From positions 653 to 24,652 of the forward strand of contig JAITIL010000070.1 of assembly GCA_031279475.1 (NCBI GenBank): a stretch of DNA of 24,000 bases, given 5' to 3'. Positions 8,832 to 18,369 of this stretch are shown one piece after another. The first letter of the stretch is position 1. The number at the start of each line of letters is the position of its first letter. The notes under the pieces are model-generated. The model worked only from the letters and a program-made list of their open reading frames with translations. It had not been told where the DNA came from and did no database searches. Origin of the DNA: Prevotellaceae bacterium. Lineage in GTDB: Bacteria; Bacteroidota; Bacteroidia; Bacteroidales; UBA932. A program made the position numbers and the translations under genes.

Positions 8832-8973
8832 TGGCATACGCCTCATGCTGAGCTGGCTGCCGGCCATCAGCTGCATACTCGCCGTAGTGGGCATGACGTT
8901 CTACCCGCTGTCGGAAAAACGGGTAAAAGAAATTGTGGAAGAATTGGAAAAGTTACGTATCTTTGGACATTGA
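8830..8973 (+). pseudogene. C-terminal ~47 codons of a GPH/MFS-type sugar:cation symporter, fused to the truncated GH130
   Basis: The frame starting at 8830 reads [47 protein letters not shown] and then stops (TGA 8971..8973). It consists of a last TM helix plus the 'FYPL(S/T)(E/D)K+..EI..EL' tail typical of glycoside-pentoside-hexuronide symporters. No upstream transporter sequence is present. Confidence 0.55.
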
Positions 8974-8992
8974 ATTTTAAGGTTACGGACTT

Positions 8993-10390
8993 ATGCCCAA
9001 AAGTAAAAATAACCGTAAACGGACAAAGAAGGTTTATCACTCGTCTCAACCAAAGAACTACTTTATATACCGGCCGCCGCAAACACATCTCCGGCACATG
9101 GAAGAAGTGGGGCGTAAACTGCTTCGCATCGTGGGCGTCGACGACTCATTCCTCGACCGGATGACGAAACAACAATTGCACGCAATACTGTCAAGGCCGT
9201 GCGAAAGGCCACGCGTAGTGATAAAAAAAGGTGAACGTGTTCCCCGCTCCTATTTGCGCTACGTTCATTCCTATTTGTTTACCATGCTTGAAGAACACCG
9301 CCTGAATAACGACGCCGGCATTGACCTTTCGCTGGCCGATGCATTGGGCTATGGGTTCGCTTTTTTCGACGGAATGACACTGTATCCCGGCTGGAAACAC
9401 ATCGTGCTTGGCGAGGTAGAAGCCGTCAGGGCGGCTGTCAAAGCGATAAACGACGCGGGGATATTCCTCAAGCGTATGCAAGACCAGGTAACCAACCTTA
9501 TCAGATTTCCTTTGATGAATATCTCGCAAGTGCAATTCCGGCTATACGGCTACCTTGGAAATTATGAGGAACGTCCATCAGGCGCCATTGGTTTGACGAT
9601 TGCCCTCACCTCCGCCGTGCCCGAATGTATTTCGTTCCAACATTTCGATATATGGCGAAAAGCCTACCGGTTCTGCGTAGGCCCCATACAAATGCTGGAA
9701 ATGTTGCCTGCTAAAATCCGCTACAGCGCTATCTTTCCCACCTGCCGCGAGGAGGACGACCGGGAACTCTCTATCTACATCCAACAACACGCTATCCTCC
9801 GACTCAAGGAACGCCTCCAAATTCTTCCGCCTACCGAACGGATGATGCTCCTCTATAGCTCGCTGATGTTGTCGCCAAACATAGTGCGGGGGACCGACGA
9901 ACAACCCCTCTTCGTTGCCCATATCGACAACAATGAAAGGGCAAAGAAAGAAGTATTCGGTTACTTCTCTTTCGTCACACAGGGCGATAAACTGTTTATA
10001 TTAACATTCCTGCCCGTCACCAGCGCTTTAACTCCGGAAGGGAAACGCCTGCAGAAAATGCTCCGTCTTTCCACAAAAGACATCACCTATTTGAAAATGG
10101 ATTTGTTGAATTTTTTGTTCGACATCGATTTTGAACAAATCCCCCTGCTGAAAAACGCGCTGGTGGAATCGGGAATCTACCGGATAAAAGAACATCTCCA
10201 AAGATGGTTGAAGTTCCCTGACATGACGGATGACAAACAAACCGCCTTCGTCAAAAAATTCCTCGAAGAACATCCCGCCAACCGCGCTGACGCGCTGGAA
10301 CTGCCGGACGACAATAATCTCACCGAACCTGCAAGTCTGTCAACCGAAGAAAAACGGCGGAAAGAAACGGCTGAAAAACCGGAAGAGTAG
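8993..10390 (+). CDS. Hypothetical protein, 465 aa, no recognisable domain (basic N-terminus, acidic C-terminal tail)
   Basis: A long uninterrupted ORF in sequence of roughly 50% GC, which is unlikely by chance. The N-terminus [16 protein letters not shown] is highly basic. The C-terminus [30 protein letters not shown] is acidic and looks disordered. I recognise no catalytic or binding motif. An alternative start is M36 (MEEVGRKLL). Confidence 0.7.
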   Translation: MPKSKNNRKRTKKVYHSSQPKNYFIYRPPQTHLRHMEEVGRKLLRIVGVDDSFLDRMTKQQLHAILSRPCERPRVVIKKGERVPRSYLRYVHSYLFTMLEEHRLNNDAGIDLSLADALGYGFAFFDGMTLYPGWKHIVLGEVEAVRAAVKAINDAGIFLKRMQDQVTNLIRFPLMNISQVQFRLYGYLGNYEERPSGAIGLTIALTSAVPECISFQHFDIWRKAYRFCVGPIQMLEMLPAKIRYSAIFPTCREEDDRELSIYIQQHAILRLKERLQILPPTERMMLLYSSLMLSPNIVRGTDEQPLFVAHIDNNERAKKEVFGYFSFVTQGDKLFILTFLPVTSALTPEGKRLQKMLRLSTKDITYLKMDLLNFLFDIDFEQIPLLKNALVESGIYRIKEHLQRWLKFPDMTDDKQTAFVKKFLEEHPANRADALELPDDNNLTEPASLSTEEKRRKETAEKPEE

Positions 10391-10409
10391 TACAAATGGA
10401 AAAAATCCT

Positions 10410-10417
10410 TACCTTTG
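10410..10417 (+). promoter_or_regulatory. Candidate -7 promoter box (TACCTTTG) giving a ~135-nt leader for the ABC-F gene
   Basis: Matches TAnnTTTG. It lies 20 nt after the stop of the 465-aa ORF and 144 nt upstream of the ABC-F ATG (10561). The leader contains the mini-ORF ATGAAAATGAATAGCTAA (10446..10463, MKMNS). Confidence 0.3.
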
Positions 10418-10560
10418 CGCCAAGTTTAACTTAACACGTGCTTCAATGAAAATGAATAGCTAATAGTCGGCTTCCGGAACCGGCACCGCAACAATACCAA
10501 GTAACAGTTCGGTTTAATTTTATTGCCTGCATTGATTTTTGGGCACCTATTAGTTATATC

Positions 10561-12147
<1,587 letters not shown>

Positions 12148-12174
12148 AAAAGAATCTTGCCATTTCATCCACAC

Positions 12175-13713
12175 TCACCCGGCCCAGCCCTCGCGGTCTA
12201 AATTCCGGTAGTTGATAGCTTCCGACACGTGGTCGGGCTTGATGTGCGCCTCCTGCCCCAAATCGGCGATGGTCCGCGCTACCTTTAATATCCGGTCGTA
12301 AGCGCGCGCCGAGAGGCCAACCTGATCCACCGCAGTTTTTAGTAACGCCGTACAATCGTCGTCCAATTTACAATATTTCTTCAACAGGCGTGGAGGCATC
12401 ATGGCGTTACAATGTATGTGCGGCTCAAATTTGAAGCGCTGTTCCTGTATTTTCCGCGCGGCTATGACACGTTCACGGATGGCGGAGCTGCTTTCGGCCG
12501 GTTTTATCTCCGAAAGTTGCGCAAAAGGCACCGGGACCACCTCAATGTGAATGTCAATGCGGTCGAGCAATGGGCCGGAGATTTTACCCAGGTATTTTTG
12601 TACTACCCCCGAAGCGCATAAACAGGGCTTTTCGGGATGGTTGTAGTTGCCGCAAGGACAAGGATTCATGGAAGCCACCAGCATGAAATTTGCAGGATAT
12701 TCAATCGAGTACCGTGCGCGTGAAACGGTGATGGAACGGTCTTCCAGCGGTTGCCGCATCACTTCGAGCACCGTGCGCTGAAATTCCGGCAGCTCGTCGA
12801 GAAACAGTACGCCGTTGTGCGCCAACGATATTTCGCCCGGTTGCGGGTTGCTGCCTCCGCCCACTAACCCAACGTTCGAGATGGTGTGGTGCGGCGCACG
12901 AAACGGACGTTTAGCCACTAATCCTGTGTTTTTGTCAATTTTTCCCGCTACCGAATGAATTTTCGTGGTTTCCAATGCTTCTTGCAGGCTCAGCGGAGGA
13001 ATGATGGTGGGCAGTCGCTTTGCCAGCATGGTTTTACCTGAGCCCGGCGGCCCTATCATGATAATATTGTGCCCGCCCGCTGCAGCTATTTCCATGGCGC
13101 GCTTCACATTGTCCTGTCCTTTCACATCGGAAAAGTCCACATCAAAAGCGGTGGACAATTGTTGAAAATCTTCGTGAATATTTACCTTCAACGGTTGCAG
13201 CTCACTTTCTCCATTAAAGAAATCGATGACTTCGCGCAAGGTTTCCATCCCATAAACATTTAACGCTTCCACAATACCTGCTTCGCGGGCGTTCTCTTTC
13301 GGGAGAATGAGCCCCTTGAATTTTTCACGGTGTGCTTGCAGTGCAATGGGCAATGCGCCGGTAATAGGCCGCAGATGCCCGTCGAGCGACAGTTCGCCCA
13401 TAATCACAAATTCCGCTATTTTCTCCGCGCTCATTTGTTCCGAAGCGGCCAGCAGCCCCAGCGCCAGCGGCAAATCGTAGGCCGAGCCCTCCTTGCGGAT
13501 GTCGGCCGGCGCCATGTTGATCACCACCTTGCGCCCCGGCATGCGGAACCCGATGGTCTGGAGGGCGGTGTTGATGCGTTGCTGGCTTTCTTTCACGGCG
13601 CTGTCGGGCAGCCCCACCATGCAGAACCCGAAGCCCGGCGAGGCGTCCACCTCAATGGTAATGGTAGTGGCATTGATGCCGTAACAGGCGCTGCCGAATG
13701 TTTTAATTAGCAT
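12175..13713 (-). CDS. comM: YifB/ComM-family Mg-chelatase-like AAA+ ATPase
   Basis: ORF 12175..13770, with the ATG at 13713 preferred (MLIKTFGSACYGINATTITIEVD, the family-typical N-terminus). It has an N-terminal Lon-protease-like domain and then Walker A GPPGSGKT. VLFLDELPEF (Walker B) and the cysteine cluster NPCPCGNYNHPEKPCLC also match. The C-terminal block ARAYDRILKVARTIADL is family-typical. Confidence 0.9.
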   Translation of the reverse strand: MLIKTFGSACYGINATTITIEVDASPGFGFCMVGLPDSAVKESQQRINTALQTIGFRMPGRKVVINMAPADIRKEGSAYDLPLALGLLAASEQMSAEKIAEFVIMGELSLDGHLRPITGALPIALQAHREKFKGLILPKENAREAGIVEALNVYGMETLREVIDFFNGESELQPLKVNIHEDFQQLSTAFDVDFSDVKGQDNVKRAMEIAAAGGHNIIMIGPPGSGKTMLAKRLPTIIPPLSLQEALETTKIHSVAGKIDKNTGLVAKRPFRAPHHTISNVGLVGGGSNPQPGEISLAHNGVLFLDELPEFQRTVLEVMRQPLEDRSITVSRARYSIEYPANFMLVASMNPCPCGNYNHPEKPCLCASGVVQKYLGKISGPLLDRIDIHIEVVPVPFAQLSEIKPAESSSAIRERVIAARKIQEQRFKFEPHIHCNAMMPPRLLKKYCKLDDDCTALLKTAVDQVGLSARAYDRILKVARTIADLGQEAHIKPDHVSEAINYRNLDREGWAG

Positions 13714-13848
13714 AGATGTTTGAACACAAATATTTAGATAACAGACAATTAGACGACAGACAAGGAACATTTACACAACAAACAACCAAAGTTATGGTGG
13801 ATACGGTGGATAGTGCAAAGGTAAGAAAAATTCTAATACGACGAAAAA

Positions 13849-14331
13849 TTATTTCCGCTCATACACAAGAAATGAGAAAGCATGCGGGAATTGTGCGCCG
13901 CCCGTAAAATCTTCGCGTGCGATTTCCTGCCATTCGGCAACGTCTATGACAGGGAAAAATGTGTCGCCCTGATAGTCTTCGTGCACTTGGGTAACATATA
14001 ATTTCTGCGCCAGCGGGAGGGTTTCGCGGTAAACCGCGCCACCGCCAATTACAAACACTTCCGTTTCGTTTGCAGTGCGCCGCAGCGCTTCCGCTATCGA
14101 CGATACTACCGTGACGCCATCTTGCGGCGCTATCGTACGGCTAACAACAATATTCCTCCGGTTCGGCAAAGGCTTCCCGATGGATTCAAATGTCTTGCGT
14201 CCCATGATTACTGCATGCCCCGAGGTCACCTGCCGGAAATATTTCAGGTCTTCCGAAATATGCCACAACAATTGATTGCCTTTTCCGATGGCGTTATTTT
14301 TCGCTATGGCTACAATAATAGAAAGATTCAT
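13849..14331 (-). CDS. folA: Dihydrofolate reductase
   Basis: 160 aa. MNLSIIVAIAKNNAIGKGNQLLWHISEDLKYFRQVTSGHAVIMGRKTFESIGKPLPNRRNIVVS matches the DHFR signature. It lies directly downstream of thyA (17-nt gap). Confidence 0.92.
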   Translation of the reverse strand: MNLSIIVAIAKNNAIGKGNQLLWHISEDLKYFRQVTSGHAVIMGRKTFESIGKPLPNRRNIVVSRTIAPQDGVTVVSSIAEALRRTANETEVFVIGGGAVYRETLPLAQKLYVTQVHEDYQGDTFFPVIDVAEWQEIAREDFTGGAQFPHAFSFLVYERK

Positions 14332-14348
14332 AACTCATAATTTATAAC

Positions 14349-15143
14349 TCATACTGCGATATCCGCTTTAATGGCGGGGTATGGGTCGTAATCCTGCAAT
14401 TGGAAATCGCCATACTTAAATTCAAAAATTGATTGCACCGCCGGGTTTATTTTCATGGAAGGGAGGCGGCGCGGCGCACGTTGCAGTTGCGTGTCCACCT
14501 GCTCCAGATGGTTCAGGTAGATGTGCGCGTCGCCCAGCGTGTGGATAAATTCGCCGGCCTGCAACCCGCACACTTGCGCCATCATCAGCGTGAGCAGCGC
14601 ATACGATGCGATGTTGAACGGCACGCCCAGGAACACGTCGGCGCTACGCTGGTAAAGCTGGCACGACAGTTTGCCGTTTGCCACATAAAACTGAAACAAC
14701 ACATGACAGGGCGGCAAAGCCATACGGTCAAGTTCGCCCACATTCCATGCACACACGATATGCCGGCGCGAGTCGGGGCTGGCGGTCAGCGATTGCACCA
14801 CCTGCCCGATTTGGTCAATGTGTTGCCCGCCGGCCGTTGGCCACGAGCGCCATTGGTAGCCGTAAATTGGCCCCAGTTCGCCACGGGCGTCGGCCCATTC
14901 ATCCCAGATTGTCACCCGGTGGTCATTCAGGTATTTGATGTTCGTGTTGCCTTGCAGGAACCACAGCAATTCGTAGATGATTGATTTCAGGTGCACCTTT
15001 TTTGTAGTCAACAGCGGAAAGCCCTGTTGCAGGTCGAAGCGCATTTGGTAGCCAAACACGCTTATGGTGCCGGTACCGGTGCGGTCGGTTTTCTGCACGC
15101 CTTCACGGCGAATATGCTCCAAAAGGTCAAGATAGGCTTTCAT
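14349..15143 (-). CDS. thyA: Thymidylate synthase (ThyA type)
   Basis: ORF 14349..15182. The true start is the ATG at 15143 ([38 protein letters not shown]), which is collinear with E. coli ThyA from residue 1. The active-site block [13 protein letters not shown] and the [16 protein letters not shown] block are present. Confidence 0.95.
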   Translation of the reverse strand: MKAYLDLLEHIRREGVQKTDRTGTGTISVFGYQMRFDLQQGFPLLTTKKVHLKSIIYELLWFLQGNTNIKYLNDHRVTIWDEWADARGELGPIYGYQWRSWPTAGGQHIDQIGQVVQSLTASPDSRRHIVCAWNVGELDRMALPPCHVLFQFYVANGKLSCQLYQRSADVFLGVPFNIASYALLTLMMAQVCGLQAGEFIHTLGDAHIYLNHLEQVDTQLQRAPRRLPSMKINPAVQSIFEFKYGDFQLQDYDPYPAIKADIAV

Positions 15144-15328
15144 ACATCTTTTTAACTTGAGGTTGCAACAATGGAAGTTCATTTAAAACGGCAGCCCAAA
15201 TTCTTTCATCTTTTATTTGGTAATAACCATGCACCAATATGTGAAGCGCAACCTGACTGTCGGGAAGTTGAATATTCTGCCTCATTATGAAATTTCTGTA
15301 CTTTCTACAAAGGTATGGAAAATAACGT

Positions 15329-15374
15329 AAATAAAAAAATAACTTCATTTTGAGACCAGGGCAACCGCATGAAG
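15329..15374 (-). terminator. Weak rho-independent terminator candidate downstream of the TonB-dependent receptor
   Basis: On the minus strand: CTTCAT (15374..15369), a 20-nt loop, ATGAAG (15348..15343), then TTATTTTTTTATTT. The stem is short and the loop is large, so support is weak. Confidence 0.3.
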
Positions 15375-15409
15375 TCATGCAATATAACAGCACAAAATGG
15401 AACGTAAAC

Positions 15410-17698
15410 TCACAGTTTTTTCCGCAACGCAATGCCAAACTGTAGCGGCAGCCCTTGCTGCGCAAACGAGTTGCCGTTAATTCCATTAAAATAAAACAAA
15501 TTGTAAACGGCGCTTGTCATGTTTTTACCCCAAGCCGTAATGGAAAATTTATTTTTTTCAACCGTCACCGAAGCATCCAACAGGCCGTAAAAATCCTGCA
15601 CGGCGTCGTTGCTTTCGGTGAAATAAATTTTCCCCAGCCCCGTGTATTGTGCGCCCACCGTAAGGCGCTCCAGCCAAACATGGCGAAATTCGAACACATA
15701 TTCCGCACCGGCCGAGAGGGTGTGTCGCGGCACAAAAGGGATGTACTTTCCCCGATAATCTACCGATACCGGTTGTTGTTGATTGTCAATTTTTATGGAG
15801 TCACCATATTGCAAAAAAGCGGCGTGGGTATATCCATAATTAACCGTAGCCGAAAAATTGTTTATTGAGCCTCTCAGGGATATTTCCGCTCCGTAGCTTT
15901 GCGACTGTCCGGCATTTTTCATCATCCTGCCCAGCCCGCTGGGAACGAATTGCGTAATTTGCTGGTCGCGGCTATCAATGTAAAACAGCGACGCTTCCGC
16001 CCGCAACCGGTTTCGGAAAAACGCCGCCCGTGCGCCGGCTTCGTAATTCCAGCTGTACTCGGGCTTGTAGGCAATAAGTCCGGCGTCTACCGTAGTGTTT
16101 TTCGTTTGCGTTTCGGGCGTCTTTGCCAATGTCTCCAATTCGCTTTGCAGCACATCCGAGAACAGTTGAAAATTATAGCCGCCGGCACGATAGCCGCGGC
16201 TCACCGATACGTAAACCCGGTTCCCGGCGGTCAATTCATAATTCAAGGTGAACTTGGGCGAAAACTGAAGAAACGATTGCTCGTCCTCGCCGCTAACGTT
16301 CACGCCAATGCGGTAATCGAGCGGTGTTACGGTGTAAGGCGGACGCGGTATGGTCATTGTGCCTTGAACAGGAAAATCCAAAGCGTACGTGGCGTGGTTT
16401 ATGGAAATTTTTTCATAATCAAACCTCACGCCAGCCGTCGCTGTGAGCTTATCGAAAAGAAACCGGCGGAATGTGGATTGATGAAACAGCGATATGCCGA
16501 ATGACGGCGTGGTGTAGCGACCCGACGAATAACAGTCGTCCACCACCCAAAGTTTAACAGGGGCGCTCGGCGGTATTTGTGAAAAAATTAGCCGGTCGAA
16601 GAAATCTTTTTTCAATGTTACCGGCGCATCGGTAGCCAGCCCTTTGTAGAAACCGAATGTGCCGAACAGCCACTGATACCTCCCCTCTCCGACCGATTGG
16701 GCAACGATTTCCTGCGTGAAGGCGTGCTGGCGTTGTAGCTGTCCCAAAGTAAAAAGATTGTCGGGACGGAAGTCCTGGTCCATTTTCATCGCATCGTCAA
16801 AATACTGGTACGACGTGGCGCTTGCTATGGTGTAGCCACCTCCCCGGTATTGCACATACAGGCTGTTCACAAGCCATTGCCGCACATAGCTCGACTCGTC
16901 GTTGTAGCTGATACTGTCGCCCGCATTGCCCTGTGCGCTCGCCAAGCCATACGGATAGCCGTTTTGCCGGCTGCTTTCGCCGCTGATAATATAATTCAAT
17001 TGCCAATAATCGTTGATTTTCCAATCGAGACGGAGGCGCAATCCAAACGACTGAAGCGCGCCAGCCGGCGTATTGGTAAACCGGTTGGTGAAGAAACCGT
17101 CAGACTTTTTGTAGGTCATACTTGCCGAAACCCCAATGTTTTCAGCGGGTTTGTCGCTATACGCAAAATTGGATTGCAGGGTGTTCCCATTTCCGTACAA
17201 CAGGAAAAACTTCGTTCCCTGTTGCGAGAGCGGCGACGGCGTATAAATATTAATGATGCCTCCCATCGTATTACGTCCGTACAGTGCGCCCTGTGGCCCG
17301 CGCAGCACCTCAATGCCGGCGAGGTTGTAGAAATCGAAATCATACATGCTCTTGTCCAAATACGGAATATTATCCACATAAAGTCCCACAGCCGGGTCGT
17401 TCATGCGCGAACCAACCCCCCTGATATAAATGGCCGACGTGAGTTTTGCGCCGTAACCGGGCATGTAAAAATTGGGCGTCATGCCCGTTAATTTTGTGGG
17501 CGCGTCAATGGCATTCTTCTCGATAACCCCTGCTGCGAAAGCCGAACAGGCTGCCGGAATATTTTCAATGGAATCTGTTTTTTTGTAGGAGTAAAAATTT
17601 ATTTCTTTTAGTTCAATTGTTTTTACAATATCTGTTGTTTGTTGTGCGTAAAGCCCGCCGGATATAAAGAACAGGAATAGCGTTAATTTATTTGTCAT
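15410..17698 (-). CDS. TonB-dependent outer-membrane receptor (stand-alone, siderophore/metal/cofactor type; no SusD partner)
   Basis: 762 aa with a signal peptide (MTNKLTLFLFFISGGLYAQQ). Plug motifs are present (IRGVGSRMNDPAVGLYVDNIPY, IEVLRGPQGALYGRNTMGGIINIYT). A long beta-barrel rich in alternating aromatic/polar residues follows. It lacks the carboxypeptidase-regulatory domain of SusC proteins. Confidence 0.9.
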   Translation of the reverse strand: MTNKLTLFLFFISGGLYAQQTTDIVKTIELKEINFYSYKKTDSIENIPAACSAFAAGVIEKNAIDAPTKLTGMTPNFYMPGYGAKLTSAIYIRGVGSRMNDPAVGLYVDNIPYLDKSMYDFDFYNLAGIEVLRGPQGALYGRNTMGGIINIYTPSPLSQQGTKFFLLYGNGNTLQSNFAYSDKPAENIGVSASMTYKKSDGFFTNRFTNTPAGALQSFGLRLRLDWKINDYWQLNYIISGESSRQNGYPYGLASAQGNAGDSISYNDESSYVRQWLVNSLYVQYRGGGYTIASATSYQYFDDAMKMDQDFRPDNLFTLGQLQRQHAFTQEIVAQSVGEGRYQWLFGTFGFYKGLATDAPVTLKKDFFDRLIFSQIPPSAPVKLWVVDDCYSSGRYTTPSFGISLFHQSTFRRFLFDKLTATAGVRFDYEKISINHATYALDFPVQGTMTIPRPPYTVTPLDYRIGVNVSGEDEQSFLQFSPKFTLNYELTAGNRVYVSVSRGYRAGGYNFQLFSDVLQSELETLAKTPETQTKNTTVDAGLIAYKPEYSWNYEAGARAAFFRNRLRAEASLFYIDSRDQQITQFVPSGLGRMMKNAGQSQSYGAEISLRGSINNFSATVNYGYTHAAFLQYGDSIKIDNQQQPVSVDYRGKYIPFVPRHTLSAGAEYVFEFRHVWLERLTVGAQYTGLGKIYFTESNDAVQDFYGLLDASVTVEKNKFSITAWGKNMTSAVYNLFYFNGINGNSFAQQGLPLQFGIALRKKL

Positions 17699-17770
17699 GT
17701 AGTATCAGCAGTATAAAAATATTATCAAGCATTTTATTGTCAATGAGTTTCGTGTTTTTTTTTGTACACT

Positions 17771-17807
17771 AATTTTGTTACAAAAATACGGTTTTTTTTC
17801 GACAAAA
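17771..17807. repeat. Copy A of a 37-bp repeated element (AATTTTGTTACAAAAATACGGTTTTTTTTCGACAAAA)
   Basis: 34/37 identical to 21707..21743 in the same orientation. It contains the palindrome TTTTGT-T-ACAAAA (17773..17785). On the minus strand it contains a TAnnTTTG box (TATTTTTG, plus coordinates 17781..17788), 83 nt upstream of the receptor ATG at 17698. Confidence 0.8.
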
Positions 17808-17942
17808 AAACAAAGTGGATAATTGTCAAATTTACATTTTTTTAACATAATATGTAAAAAATAATGGGGATCATATTAAAAAATATACAAAAATTTAACT
17901 TAATCATATTAAAAATATGGGGGTACTATTAAAAAAAGTGCA

Positions 17943-17950
17943 TATATTTG
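17943..17950 (+). promoter_or_regulatory. Candidate -7 promoter box (TATATTTG) for glnK-amtB
   Basis: Matches TAnnTTTG and lies 43 nt upstream of the ATG at 17993. The TTG 'start' of the track ORF (17948) lies inside this box. Confidence 0.35.
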
Positions 17951-17992
17951 CACTTTGATAATAAAAATTATTACACATTAATATTTAAGATT

Positions 17993-18355
17993 ATGAAAAA
18001 AATTGAAGCTATTATTCGCAAAACCAAATTTGATGAGGTAAAAGAAGCTTTGATGGCGGCAGACATTGAATGGTTTTCGTATTCGGAAGTAAAGGGCGTC
18101 GGTAAAGACAGGGAAGAAAGAATCTACCGGGGCATTGTGTATGATACGAGTTCTATCGAACGGTATCAGTTGAGTATTATTGTCCGCGACGTGAATCTGG
18201 AAAAAGCGATTCAAGCCATTGAAAAGGCTGCCCGCACAGGTGAAATCGGCGACGGACGGATTTTTATTTTTCCCGCCGAAGATGCGATTAGTATCCGTTC
18301 CGGAAAAAGAGGGGATGCTACCTTATTTATTGATGATAAAAAAGTAACTAACTAA
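17993..18355 (+). CDS. glnK: P-II nitrogen regulatory protein (GlnK type, linked to amtB)
   Basis: ORF 17948..18355, with the ATG at 17993 preferred (MKKIEAIIRKTKFDEVKEALMAADIEWFSYSEVKGVGKD...). It shows the P-II fold signature, including a T-loop region with Tyr (ERIYRGIVYD). The C-terminal block TGEIGDGRIFIFPAEDAISIRSGKRG is also present. It ends 14 nt upstream of the ammonium transporter gene. Confidence 0.9.
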   Translation: MKKIEAIIRKTKFDEVKEALMAADIEWFSYSEVKGVGKDREERIYRGIVYDTSSIERYQLSIIVRDVNLEKAIQAIEKAARTGEIGDGRIFIFPAEDAISIRSGKRGDATLFIDDKKVTN

Positions 18356-18369
18356 AAATCTAAGGAATT

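Noticed and set aside
8367-9164. 265-aa ORF taken as one intact gene
   Set aside because: It is a chimera. Only the first ~155 codons are GH130-like. The rest is read-through across a deletion junction and into the start of the next gene, in the wrong frame.
14433-14984. 183-aa plus-strand ORF opposite thyA
   Set aside because: It is antisense shadow of a highly conserved thymidylate synthase gene and has no motifs.
15127-15486. 119-aa minus-strand ORF between the receptor and thyA, including a possible 52-aa ORF from the ATG at 15285 that overlaps the thyA start
   Set aside because: Its upstream half overlaps the receptor's 3' end and terminator region. The 52-aa version has no recognisable family, although a TACCTTTG box (plus coordinates 15308..15315) sits just upstream. 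That box more likely marks the thyA-folA promoter and 5' UTR. It remains an unverified possibility only.
15455-17491. Plus-strand ORFs of 137-213 aa (15455..15868, 15899..16504, 16850..17491)
   Set aside because: They are antisense shadows of the 762-aa TonB-dependent receptor gene.
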